IMG/VR virus record: IMGVR_UViG_2802429215_000001
Location: 1-35,328 of that record
Reading direction: 5' to 3' (one strand)
Source: a virus
DNA length: 35,328 bases
In this document: positions 23,797 through 32,023 of the stretch, piece by piece
Layout: the number at the start of each line of letters is the position of its first letter
Position numbering within the stretch: position 1 is the first letter of the stretch
Position numbers and translations under genes: made by a program
Notes under the pieces: generated by a model
Seen by the model: the letters and a program-made list of their open reading frames with translations, nothing else
The model's database searches: none
What the model was told of the DNA's origin: nothing

Positions 23797-24015
23797 ATGG
23801 AAGACTATAAAGTAAGATTTATTAAAGAATACAAAGAACTAAAAGAACGTGCTGATAAACTATGTCGTATGCTTGATAGATGGTTAAATAATGATTTAGA
23901 CTTTGTACCATCTTGCTCATTTGAATTGCTTGAAAGTCAGTATCATGTGATGAAAGCATATCTTAGCATTCTGGAACAACGTGCTGAAATTGAAAATATC
24001 GATTTAGAAGCATAG
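23797..24015 (+). CDS. Hypothetical 72-aa helical protein
   Basis: ATG at 23797 after TAGGAGG. Confidence 0.6.
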   Translation: MEDYKVRFIKEYKELKERADKLCRMLDRWLNNDLDFVPSCSFELLESQYHVMKAYLSILEQRAEIENIDLEA

Positions 24016-24054
24016 CCAACAACGGTACTGCGGGCGTTCGACTCGTCCGGTTGG
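24016..24054 (+). other. tRNA-like minihelix (T-arm plus acceptor-like stem), not a complete tRNA
   Basis: CGGGCG-TTCGACT-CGTCCG forms a 6-bp stem with a T-loop-like 7-nt loop. It stacks directly on CCAAC/GTTGG. No D arm or anticodon arm is present. Confidence 0.35.
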
Positions 24055-24392
24055 TATAACCCGAAAAAATTGTGTCTTTAATAGTGAGGTGATTAAAGCA
24101 CTTCTTCTTACAACTTTAATCTAATCATTCAAAATTAGTGCATTAGTTAGTGTGTTCATCGGGTTACTCACTAGCAAACAGACTGAAATAAAAAAGAAAC
24201 GAGGACTTCTTTTCTTGGTTAAACTCATTCTAAAGCAGTTTATCAGTCGGCTGTGATTATGCAAGGCGTGAATCATGGTAATTCTTACAGGTCGTGCGCC
24301 TGCCTGTATTTTAAATAAAAAAGAGCCTGCACACGCAAGCTCGATATGATTGAAAACGTTACATCTATTATATCATATCGGGAGGAAAGAAA

Positions 24393-24818
24393 GTGAGCAG
24401 AGCTAAGACTATTTTGAAAGATTTAAGGAATTTAGATTTATATATTCAAAGCTTGATTAGAAGGCGAGATAGGCTTAACGCTTCACTGCTTTCAAGCCCT
24501 CGATGGTCTGCTGATAAAGTCAAAGGTGGATTAAACAGGAAACAAGATGATGTATATGCTGAATTGCTTGATTCAATTGATGAGATTGATAATAAGACGG
24601 TTGAAGCTATTCAAAAGCGCAGAGAACTGCAAGATATGATTGACAATCTAGAAGATACTGCAAGCAGAACTATTTTAAGTCTCGTATATATTGATAAGAT
24701 GTCGATGTATGAAGTGATGGATGAAATGGGAATCAGCGAGCGAACTTATTTCAGATTAAAAAAAGCAGCACAAAAGGACCTTGAAAGTGCTGACATAAGC
24801 AGTCATATCAAGGCATAA
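24393..24818 (+). CDS. Putative late transcriptional activator (C-terminal sigma-70 region-4-like HTH; ArpU/DUF1492-like); a small terminase role is not excluded
   Basis: GTG start after GGGAGGAAAG. The C-terminal MSMYEVMDEMGISERTYFRLKKAAQKDL resembles a sigma region 4 HTH. The gene lies just upstream of the packaging genes. Confidence 0.5.
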   Translation: MSRAKTILKDLRNLDLYIQSLIRRRDRLNASLLSSPRWSADKVKGGLNRKQDDVYAELLDSIDEIDNKTVEAIQKRRELQDMIDNLEDTASRTILSLVYIDKMSMYEVMDEMGISERTYFRLKKAAQKDLESADISSHIKA

Positions 24819-24928
24819 TAAAACATAATGAGACAGTGCACTGCAGTTTCAACGTGTTATTATAGTATCATCAAGAAATGAGGGACGAGGTAGTCAAATA
24901 CCCCGCCCCTTTTTTTGGAGGCATACCC

Positions 24929-25279
24929 ATGGCAAAAGATACCCGCCCCGATAGACACGGTCCCCACCGCGTCGCATTCGAGAAGAATAAGAAAGTAATA
25001 TTAAAGACTAGAAACGTTTGTGGTATTTGTGGTAAGCCAGTGGATAAATCATTGAAGTATCCGCATCCATTATCGCCAGTCATTGACCACATCATTCCAG
25101 TTGCGAAAGGTGGTCATCCATCCGACATTGACAACCTGCAGCTTGCGCACTGGCAATGCAACAGACAGAAGTCAGATAAGTTATACAATGATGAGCCGAG
25201 CAAAGGAAAAGGAACGAATGTGATTGGCAATCGCAACTTGCCGCAAACCATAAATTGGTTAAATTATGTTTCAAAATAA
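24929..25279 (+). CDS. HNH endonuclease
   Basis: CGICGK...DHIIPVAKGG...NLQLAHWQCNRQK. ATG at 24929 after GGAGG. Confidence 0.85.
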   Translation: MAKDTRPDRHGPHRVAFEKNKKVILKTRNVCGICGKPVDKSLKYPHPLSPVIDHIIPVAKGGHPSDIDNLQLAHWQCNRQKSDKLYNDEPSKGKGTNVIGNRNLPQTINWLNYVSK

Positions 25280-25307
25280 TTTTTTTGGCTTGGTTTGAAA
25301 TTTTTTA

Positions 25308-25360
25308 AGTGGGGGCATGGGACCCCCTCCGCTCTCGCGGCCGAGGTTCAAGCCGTCACT
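25308..25360. other. GC-rich candidate cos/packaging recognition region
   Basis: gtgggggcatgggaccccctccgctctcgcggccgaggttcaagccgtcac stands out in an AT-rich genome. It contains the hairpins GGGGG/CCCCC and CGGC/GCCG. It lies directly after the HNH gene and before the portal gene. Confidence 0.3.
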
Positions 25361-25399
25361 GTACATTTTTTCTCGCGCCAAATTCGAAAGGAGTAAAAA

Positions 25400-26662
25400 T
25401 TGAGTTTAAAAGGAATGAATTACTTAAAGCGCAAGCTTTCAACGGTACGTCCAAGGGTTAAAATGCGGTATAGACAGTACGCTATGAAGCATTATGACCC
25501 ACCAGTCGGATTAGCTATCCCACATCAAATTATAAGCAAGTATCAAGCGGTTTTAGGTTGGTCAGCAAAGGGCGTTGATAGCTTAGCGGACAGACTAGTT
25601 TTCCGAGAATTCGCTAACGATGATTATAATGTTAATGCTATTTTCGCTCAAAATAACCCTGATATCTTTTTTGATAATGCAGTTTTGTCTGCCTTAATTG
25701 GCTCATGCTGTTTTGTTTACCTCTCGAAAGACGAGGATGAGCGAGTTCGTCTGCAGGTCATCGAAGCAAGCAATGCAACGGGTGTTATTGATCCAATCAC
25801 AGGCCTTTTAACTGAAGGTTACGCTGTTTTACAACGTGATGATAACGATAACCCGATTTTAGAAGCGTATTTCACCGACGAAGAAACTTGGTTTTATCCA
25901 AAAGATGAAACGCCTTTTAGAGTTTCTAACCCTACAGGAGTGCCTTTGCTTGTTCCTGTTATTCATCGCCCAGATGCCGTCAGACCATTCGGACGCAGTC
26001 GAATTACTCGCTCTGGTATGTATTATCAAAGATACGCAAAAAGAACACTTGAGCGAGCTGATGTTACTGCCGAATTCTATTCTTATCCTCAAAAATACAT
26101 TTTAGGTATGGACCCAGATGCGGAAGCAATGGACACTTGGAAAGCTACAGTATCATCATTGTTGCGAATTGATAAAGATGACGATGGTGACCACCCAGTC
26201 GTTGGACAATTTACAACTGCGAGCATGTCGCCGTTTATTGAACAGTTGCGAATGGCTGCATCTGGTTTTGCTGGTGAAACGGGTTTGACCTTAGATGACC
26301 TTGGTTTTGTTTTAGACAATCCATCAAGTGTTGAGGCAATTAAAGCTAGCCATGAGAATTTACGTGTGGCAGGCCGCAAAGCTCAACGCTCGCTTGGAAG
26401 TGGATTGTTAAACGTTGCTTATGTCGCTATTTGTTTGCAAGATGAATTTCAGTATTTGCGTAGTCAATTCGTGAATACGTCTGTCAAGTGGGAACCGCTG
26501 TTTGAAGCCGACGCAAGCACATTAACACTGATTGGAGATGGTGCTATCAAGCTTAATCAAGCCATTCCTGGTTTTGTAGACGGAGAAACAATTCGAGATT
26601 TGACTGGTGTTAAAGGTTCGGGCAATGTTGCTCCAGTAGTAGAGGAAAATAACGATGAATGA
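25400..26662 (+). CDS. Portal protein (SPP1 gp6-like)
   Basis: TTG start 5 nt after AAAGGAG. The motif LGWSAKGVDSLADRLVFREF and the 420-aa size fit a portal. It is followed by a MuF-like gene. Confidence 0.75.
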   Translation: MSLKGMNYLKRKLSTVRPRVKMRYRQYAMKHYDPPVGLAIPHQIISKYQAVLGWSAKGVDSLADRLVFREFANDDYNVNAIFAQNNPDIFFDNAVLSALIGSCCFVYLSKDEDERVRLQVIEASNATGVIDPITGLLTEGYAVLQRDDNDNPILEAYFTDEETWFYPKDETPFRVSNPTGVPLLVPVIHRPDAVRPFGRSRITRSGMYYQRYAKRTLERADVTAEFYSYPQKYILGMDPDAEAMDTWKATVSSLLRIDKDDDGDHPVVGQFTTASMSPFIEQLRMAASGFAGETGLTLDDLGFVLDNPSSVEAIKASHENLRVAGRKAQRSLGSGLLNVAYVAICLQDEFQYLRSQFVNTSVKWEPLFEADASTLTLIGDGAIKLNQAIPGFVDGETIRDLTGVKGSGNVAPVVEENNDE

Positions 26663-27869
26663 TGATGTATTACCAGCACTTCTAGAAGAGGTTCAAGACA
26701 ATTTTGGACAGGAATTTGGTAAGAGCGAGGTTGTTGTCAAAGCTTTAAAAACTCTCGAAGCTAAAAAAGCAACATATGCAAATGCAAATGATTTTGCCAT
26801 CGAAGTCGGAGAGATACTCTCTAAAGCTCTCACAACGTCTGTAACGGCAGATAAATTGCCAGACGGTAAAATGTATTATAATATCGCAAAACGTTTGCTA
26901 GAACCAGTTTTACAGCAAAATCATGAGCTTGTAGCGGATTATTCAAGTAAGGTTCAAACCATTTTGAATGAAAAAGCAAAAATAAGTCTTGCTGCGCAGC
27001 CTGTTGAATTAAATCAAGATAGGATTAATGGCTTTATCGAGCGGTTTTCAAAAGAAGACAAGTTCGATGATGTTAAATGGCTTTTAGGTGACCCAATCGT
27101 CAATTTCACGCAAAGTATTGTTGATGACAGCATTAAGAAAAATGCTGAATTTCACGCAAAAGCTGGCCTGCAACCTAAAATCGTTAGAAAAACAGCTGGT
27201 CGTTGCTGCAAATGGTGCCAAAGTTTGGCCGGAAGTTACAATTATCCAGACGTTCCTAAAGACGTTTACAGACGTCACCAAAATTGCCGATGCACTGTTG
27301 ATTACAAGCCAGGTGACGGGAAAAAGAAGAACATTTGGTCTAAAAAGGTAACTGCAGACAGTAAAAATAAGCGCGAACAACGACGTCAAATGAATATTGA
27401 TATTCGTGACAACAACAGAAAAAGTGATAGGATTGAATATCTAGAATTTGCTAAAAAACTTGATTCTAAATTCGTGCCTGTTTCGCTAGCTAAATTTCAG
27501 GAATTGAAGTATAATGACGTTGAAAGATACAAGGAGCTGAAAGACCGTGTCGTTTGGAGTGAAGCTAAATTTCCAAGTGAAAAATCTTTTAACGGGCATT
27601 TTGAAAAGCATGCTAAAGAATTTATTCAAAATCTTACTAAGGAAGATTATCAAAAAGCAGCTGCAAGTTTGTTGTCACAACCAATTGCTGAAGATGTTAT
27701 AGGTTATGAAACCGATAAAGGTCGCAGAGTAAGATATGACAAGAAGAATAACATCATGGCTATTGGCAATCGTACTACTAGCGGTAAAATCAGAATTAAT
27801 ACGATGTTGAGACCGGAGAAAGGAGAAGAATATTACTATGAAAACTACGACAGAGATCATAATGGTTGA
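26655..27869 (+). CDS. MuF/SPP1 gp7-like head morphogenesis protein with a C-terminal toxin-like (putative RNase) extension
   Basis: The MuF signature is RKTAGRCCKWCQSLAG...RRHQNCRCTVDY. The C-terminal ~100 aa carry GHFEKHAKEF...GRRVRYDKKNNIMAIGN...GKIRINTMLRPEKGEEYYY. Confidence 0.75.
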   Translation: MNDDVLPALLEEVQDNFGQEFGKSEVVVKALKTLEAKKATYANANDFAIEVGEILSKALTTSVTADKLPDGKMYYNIAKRLLEPVLQQNHELVADYSSKVQTILNEKAKISLAAQPVELNQDRINGFIERFSKEDKFDDVKWLLGDPIVNFTQSIVDDSIKKNAEFHAKAGLQPKIVRKTAGRCCKWCQSLAGSYNYPDVPKDVYRRHQNCRCTVDYKPGDGKKKNIWSKKVTADSKNKREQRRQMNIDIRDNNRKSDRIEYLEFAKKLDSKFVPVSLAKFQELKYNDVERYKELKDRVVWSEAKFPSEKSFNGHFEKHAKEFIQNLTKEDYQKAAASLLSQPIAEDVIGYETDKGRRVRYDKKNNIMAIGNRTTSGKIRINTMLRPEKGEEYYYENYDRDHNG

Positions 27870-28038
27870 TGGAGAAGAATGTATCCATTGTCCAGTCTGT
27901 GGTCGGATAGTTCAATTGTTCGACGTATGTGAATGCAATTGGGAAAACACTGGTGAAACAAATATTGATGGTGGTCCCAATAAAATGACGTTGTCAGAAG
28001 CAAAAGAAGCTTATGCTAAAGGTTTAGAAATTTACTAA
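27838..28038 (+). CDS. CPCC-type cysteine-rich zinc-ribbon protein (candidate immunity partner)
   Basis: CIHCPVCG...DVCECNWENTGE...DGGPNKMTLSEAKEAY matches my recollection of the Cys_rich_CPCC family. It overlaps the MuF gene by 32 nt. Confidence 0.6.
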   Translation: MKTTTEIIMVDGEECIHCPVCGRIVQLFDVCECNWENTGETNIDGGPNKMTLSEAKEAYAKGLEIY

Positions 28039-28076
28039 GCACACTAACAAGTAAATAGGTTAGGGTGCTTTTTTTA
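28038..28076 (+). terminator. Rho-independent terminator inside the packaging/head module
   Basis: 11-bp stem AGCACACTAAC/GTTAGGGTGCT with one mismatch, followed by a T7 run. Confidence 0.65.
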
Positions 28077-28097
28077 TACCCAAAAATAGGAGAAAAA

Positions 28098-28238
28098 ATG
28101 ATTAATACACTTTGGAACTTTTCGGAATTCTTGGCTAGTGCCACAATGGCGGGAATGATGCTTTTTATTTTCGTTGTATTCACTATCGGGATAATAAACG
28201 CGATTAATCAAGAATTTAAAAAAATGTTTAAAGATTAA
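28098..28238 (+). CDS. 46-aa membrane peptide (not in the ORF track)
   Basis: TAGGAG RBS. Translation: MINTLWNFSEFLASATMAGMMLFIFVVFTIGIINAINQEFKKMFKD. Confidence 0.45.
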   Translation: MINTLWNFSEFLASATMAGMMLFIFVVFTIGIINAINQEFKKMFKD

Positions 28239-28290
28239 TACCTCCCAGCGACAGGGTTATCATGCAATTACATGATTGAAAGGAAAAGTT

Positions 28291-29703
28291 ATGGCTGAGA
28301 AAAAGAAAAAACTTGGCAATCAAAATCCTACTCAATCGGTAATTCTTCCATTTGACAAATCTTTATCTGATGAAGCTATCGAGATATACGAGAGAACGGG
28401 TTTAAAAAGTTATCCATGGCAGCAAAATCTTCTAAGAAGCGTAATGGCCATTGAAGAAGATGGGCTTTGGACACACCAAAAGTTTGGCTATTCTATCCCT
28501 CGTCGTAACGGTAAGACAGAAATTATTTATATGCTTGAACTGTGGGGCCTATACCATGGGCTTAACATCTTGCACACAGCGCACCGAATCAGCACATCAC
28601 ACTCATCTTTTGAGAAAGTCAAACGCTACCTGGAGAAAATGGGGCTTGAGGACGGAAAAGATTTCAATTCTATTCGTGCCAAAGGCCAAGAGCGTATTGA
28701 ACTTTATGAAACAGGTGGGGTTGTGCAGTACCGCACCAGAACGTCCAACGGTGGACTTGGTGAAGGTTTTGATTTATTGGTTATTGACGAAGCGCAAGAA
28801 TATACCACAGAACAAGAGTCTGCTTTAAAATATACCGTGACAGATAGCGATAATCCGATGACAATCATGTGTGGTACACCACCAACACCAGTTTCAAGTG
28901 GTACAGTATTTACAAAATATCGCGAGACTTGTCTCTTTGGCCGTGGTAAGTATTCTGGATGGGCTGAATGGTCCGTTCCTGAAGAAAAAGAAATTGATGA
29001 CGTTGATGCTTGGTACAATTCAAACCCGTCAATGGGATTTCATTTGAACGAGCGTAAAATTGAAGCTGAGCTTGGTGAAGATAAACTTGACCACAATGTT
29101 CAACGTCTTGGTTATTGGCCAACCTACAACCAAAAATCAGCTATTTCTGAAACTGAATGGAATGCTTTAAAAATTGAAGATTTACCACAATTTCAAGGTC
29201 AGTTATTCGTCGGCATCAAGTATGGGCAAGACGGTACGAATGTCGCTCTTAGTGTTGCAGTTCGTACAAAAGATAAACGTGTCTTCGTCGAAACGGTAGA
29301 TTGTCAATCTGTCAGAAACGGCAATCAATGGATTATCAACTTTTTAAAACAAGCAGATATTGCACAAATTGTAATTGATGGTGCTAGCGGTCAAAAGATT
29401 TTGAATGATGAATTGAAAGACTTCCACATCAAAAACACGATTTTGCCAACAGTAAAAGAAATCATTGTTGCAAATTCAATGTGGGAACAAGCTATTTATC
29501 AACAAACTCTTTGCCATGCTGGTCAACCATCACTTACTAAAGTCGCAACCAACTGTGATAAGCGTAACATTGGTTCAAACGGCGGCTTTGGGTACCGTTC
29601 GCACTTTGATGATATGGATATTAGTCTTATGGACAGTGCTTTGCTGGCACATTGGGCTTGCGCAACAACCAAACCCAAGAAAAAGCAAAAAGTTAGCTAT
29701 TAA
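28291..29703 (+). CDS. terL: Terminase large subunit
   Basis: ATG at 28291 after GAAAGGAAAAG. Walker A-like PRRNGKTE and Walker B-like LLVIDEAQE. The C-terminal half is nuclease-like. Confidence 0.85.
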   Translation: MAEKKKKLGNQNPTQSVILPFDKSLSDEAIEIYERTGLKSYPWQQNLLRSVMAIEEDGLWTHQKFGYSIPRRNGKTEIIYMLELWGLYHGLNILHTAHRISTSHSSFEKVKRYLEKMGLEDGKDFNSIRAKGQERIELYETGGVVQYRTRTSNGGLGEGFDLLVIDEAQEYTTEQESALKYTVTDSDNPMTIMCGTPPTPVSSGTVFTKYRETCLFGRGKYSGWAEWSVPEEKEIDDVDAWYNSNPSMGFHLNERKIEAELGEDKLDHNVQRLGYWPTYNQKSAISETEWNALKIEDLPQFQGQLFVGIKYGQDGTNVALSVAVRTKDKRVFVETVDCQSVRNGNQWIINFLKQADIAQIVIDGASGQKILNDELKDFHIKNTILPTVKEIIVANSMWEQAIYQQTLCHAGQPSLTKVATNCDKRNIGSNGGFGYRSHFDDMDISLMDSALLAHWACATTKPKKKQKVSY

Positions 29704-29706
29704 ATT

Positions 29707-29727
29707 GCACCGCAAGGTGCTTTTTTT
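29707..29727 (+). terminator. Rho-independent terminator after terL
   Basis: GCACC-gcaa-GGTGC followed by a T7 run. Confidence 0.6.
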
Positions 29728-29778
29728 GTGCTCAAAATTACCGAACGCACGGGAAATGCGGAGAAAGGAGACATTGAT

Positions 29779-30234
29779 ATGTCTGAATTTAAACCAATTG
29801 AAACACAAGAAGAACTTGATCGTATCGTAAAAGAACGCTTGGCGCGCCAGAAAGAGAAATATTCTGATTACGGCGAGTTAAAAGAACGTGTTCAGAAATT
29901 GGAGAAAGAAAACGTTGATTTACAAGCGACTATTGAAGAATCTGGTCAAAGCAAAACAGAGCAGGAACAACATATTGCAGAGCTCGAAGCGAAAATTTCT
30001 GGTTATGAGACAGAAAAGATGCGAACTCGAGTAGCTCTTGAGTATGGTTTGCCAATTGATATGGCTGGACGTCTTCAAGGTGATGATGAGAATGCTTTGA
30101 AAGCTGATGCTGAACTTTTAGCAGGTTTTATGAAAGCCAAAGAACCAAAATCACCGCTTAAATCAACAGAACCGCCTATTGGCGATAAAAATGGTTGGGC
30201 CGAATTGGCTCGTAATCTAACTGAAGGAGAATAA
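29779..30234 (+). CDS. Capsid scaffolding protein
   Basis: ATG at 29779 after GAAAGGAG. Charged coiled-coil protein directly upstream of the major capsid gene. Confidence 0.7.
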   Translation: MSEFKPIETQEELDRIVKERLARQKEKYSDYGELKERVQKLEKENVDLQATIEESGQSKTEQEQHIAELEAKISGYETEKMRTRVALEYGLPIDMAGRLQGDDENALKADAELLAGFMKAKEPKSPLKSTEPPIGDKNGWAELARNLTEGE

Positions 30235-30238
30235 AATC

Positions 30239-31159
30239 ATGACAGATAACTCACTTAAAAACAACTCACAATTCAATCCTGAACTTGTAACAGAACTTAT
30301 GTCAAAAGTTCAAGGTTATTCAGTCTTAGCTAAACTTGCTTCGCAAACACCAATTCCATTTAATGGGTCAGAACAATTTATTTTTAACCTTGAAGGAAAT
30401 GCTCAGATTGTTGGTGAAGGTGAACAAAAATCAGCTGGGAAAGCCACTCTTACATCTAAAATTATTCGTCCACTTAAATTTGTTTATCAAGCACGCATTA
30501 CTGATGAATTTAAATATGCAACTGAAGAAAAACGAATTGATTATCTTAAAGCATTCTCAGACGGCTTTGCTAAGAAAATCGCAGTTGCGTTCGATTTGGC
30601 TGCATTGCATGGTCTAGAACCCAAATCATTGACAGACGCATCCTTCCGCAATACTAACTCATTTGATGGTTTGATTACGGACAATGTAGTTACATTCGAT
30701 GCTAACGCAATTGACGACAACATTGATGCAGCGGTTCAAATCGTGGTAGCAAATAACTACGATGTTACTGGTCTTGCATTGTCACCACTTGCAGGTCAAT
30801 CACTTGCCAAAATCAAAGTAAACGGCGTTGCTCAATATCCAGAATTCCGATTTGGTCAAAACCCAGATTCATTCTACGGTATGGCTTCAGATGTTAACAA
30901 GAACTTGGTTGCAACTGGCGGAACAGCTGAAAAAGACCACGTTATCGCTGGTGATTTCCAAAACATGTTTAAATGGGGTTATGCCGAAAACATTCCTTTG
31001 GAAGTTATCGAATATGGTGACCCAGATGGTGCAGGTCGCGACCTTAAAGCGCACAATGAAATCTTGCTTCGTGCTGAAGCATTTATCGGCTGGGGTATTC
31101 TTGACGCAGACGCATTCGCTCGCGTTGTTCCAGCTGCCGCAGGGGGAGCAGGTGCATAA
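30239..31159 (+). CDS. Major capsid protein (HK97 fold, no delta domain)
   Basis: 306 aa. It follows the scaffold gene, and its composition and length fit the MuF/scaffold-type head module. Confidence 0.8.
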   Translation: MTDNSLKNNSQFNPELVTELMSKVQGYSVLAKLASQTPIPFNGSEQFIFNLEGNAQIVGEGEQKSAGKATLTSKIIRPLKFVYQARITDEFKYATEEKRIDYLKAFSDGFAKKIAVAFDLAALHGLEPKSLTDASFRNTNSFDGLITDNVVTFDANAIDDNIDAAVQIVVANNYDVTGLALSPLAGQSLAKIKVNGVAQYPEFRFGQNPDSFYGMASDVNKNLVATGGTAEKDHVIAGDFQNMFKWGYAENIPLEVIEYGDPDGAGRDLKAHNEILLRAEAFIGWGILDADAFARVVPAAAGGAGA

Positions 31160-31281
31160 TGACAGAATACGTGCATTCAAGAACTGGTGTAGCAATTGCA
31201 ACAAACAGTGTCCTATCTGGCGCATGGAAACCAGTAAAGAAAACTAGAAAAACAAAAAAAGAAGAAAAAGAAGCTAAATAG
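31159..31281 (+). CDS. 40-aa Lys-rich peptide (not in the ORF track)
   Basis: TAATG overlap with the capsid stop. Weak support. Confidence 0.3.
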   Translation: MTEYVHSRTGVAIATNSVLSGAWKPVKKTRKTKKEEKEAK

Positions 31282-31302
31282 GCGCTTCTTAGGAGGTGGC
31301 TT

Positions 31303-31692
31303 ATGAGTAATTTTGCGTCGACTACCGACCTAGAAAGGTTGTGGCGCAGTTTGAAACCTGCAGAAGTAGAGAGAGCAGAAGCACTATTAGAAATTGTTTC
31401 TGATTCTCTTCGCTTTGAGGGTGAGAAAGTTGGCAAAGATTTAGATCAGCAAGCAGCGGACAGCGTTGCTTTTGCTAATGTACTAAAATCTGTAACTGTC
31501 GACGTAGTAGCACGAACTTTGATGACATCTACCGACCAAGAACCAATGACGCAGATGACAGAAAGCGCCCTAGGATATTCCTACAGTGGCTCTTTTTTAG
31601 TTCCTGGCGGCGGTCTGTTTATCAAAGAAAGTGAATTGAAACGTTTAGGTCTTAAACGTCAACGTTATGGGGTGATTGACTTTTATGAGTAG
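31303..31692 (+). CDS. Head-tail connector protein (Gp19/Gp15/Gp42-like adaptor)
   Basis: TAGGAGG RBS. N-terminus STTDLERLWRSLKPAEVERAEALLEIVSDSLR. First gene after the capsid. Confidence 0.65.
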   Translation: MSNFASTTDLERLWRSLKPAEVERAEALLEIVSDSLRFEGEKVGKDLDQQAADSVAFANVLKSVTVDVVARTLMTSTDQEPMTQMTESALGYSYSGSFLVPGGGLFIKESELKRLGLKRQRYGVIDFYE

Positions 31693-32023
31693 ATTAAAAG
31701 GTATTACAATCACACTTGTTGGTGAAACAGTCACAAGAAAAGACCCGTTTGGAAAAGAGATGGTTGTGGAAAGTGAGATTGATGTTGAAAATGTGCTAGT
31801 AGCGCCAGCTTCAACAGATGATGTTACTAACCAGCTTAATCTTGACGGTAAGAAGATTGAATATACTCTTGCAATTCCAAAAGATGATACAAATGACTGG
31901 ATTGATAAGAAAGTTAGATTCTTTGGCCAAACTTGGCACACTGTTGGTATCCCGTTAGAAGGAATTCCTGATTTAATTCCACTTGACTGGAATAGAAAGG
32001 TAATGGTTGAACGATATGAGTAA
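31685..32023 (+). CDS. Head closure / head-tail joining protein
   Basis: The ATG at 31685 overlaps the previous gene. Position in the connector gene block. Confidence 0.55.
   Translation: MSRLKGITITLVGETVTRKDPFGKEMVVESEIDVENVLVAPASTDDVTNQLNLDGKKIEYTLAIPKDDTNDWIDKKVRFFGQTWHTVGIPLEGIPDLIPLDWNRKVMVERYE

Noticed and set aside
24016-24054. Possible tRNA gene
   Set aside because: Only a T-arm-like hairpin and a 5-bp acceptor-like stem are present. The upstream sequence, which is the end of a CDS, provides no D arm, anticodon arm or matching 7-bp acceptor strand. It is kept only as a tRNA-like minihelix.
24880-24916. Terminator between the late activator-like gene and the HNH gene (GAGGGACGAGG...CCCCGCCCC followed by T7)
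   Set aside because: The stem would contain two A-C mismatches in nine positions. The T run also forms part of the spacer before the HNH RBS. It is too weak to call.
28451-29830. Off-frame and antisense ORFs inside and just downstream of terL (28451-28828, 28704-29018, 28910-29122, 29465-29830, 29575-29808)
   Set aside because: They are nested in, or overlap the 3' end of, the terminase frame with its Walker motifs. They have no RBS and an unremarkable composition.
30336-31436. ORFs overlapping the major capsid gene on both strands (30336-30617, 30541-30723, 30828-31247, 30887-31225, 30979-31176, 31083-31436)
   Set aside because: The capsid frame is continuous, RBS-preceded and syntenic. 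The overlapping ORFs lack start signals.
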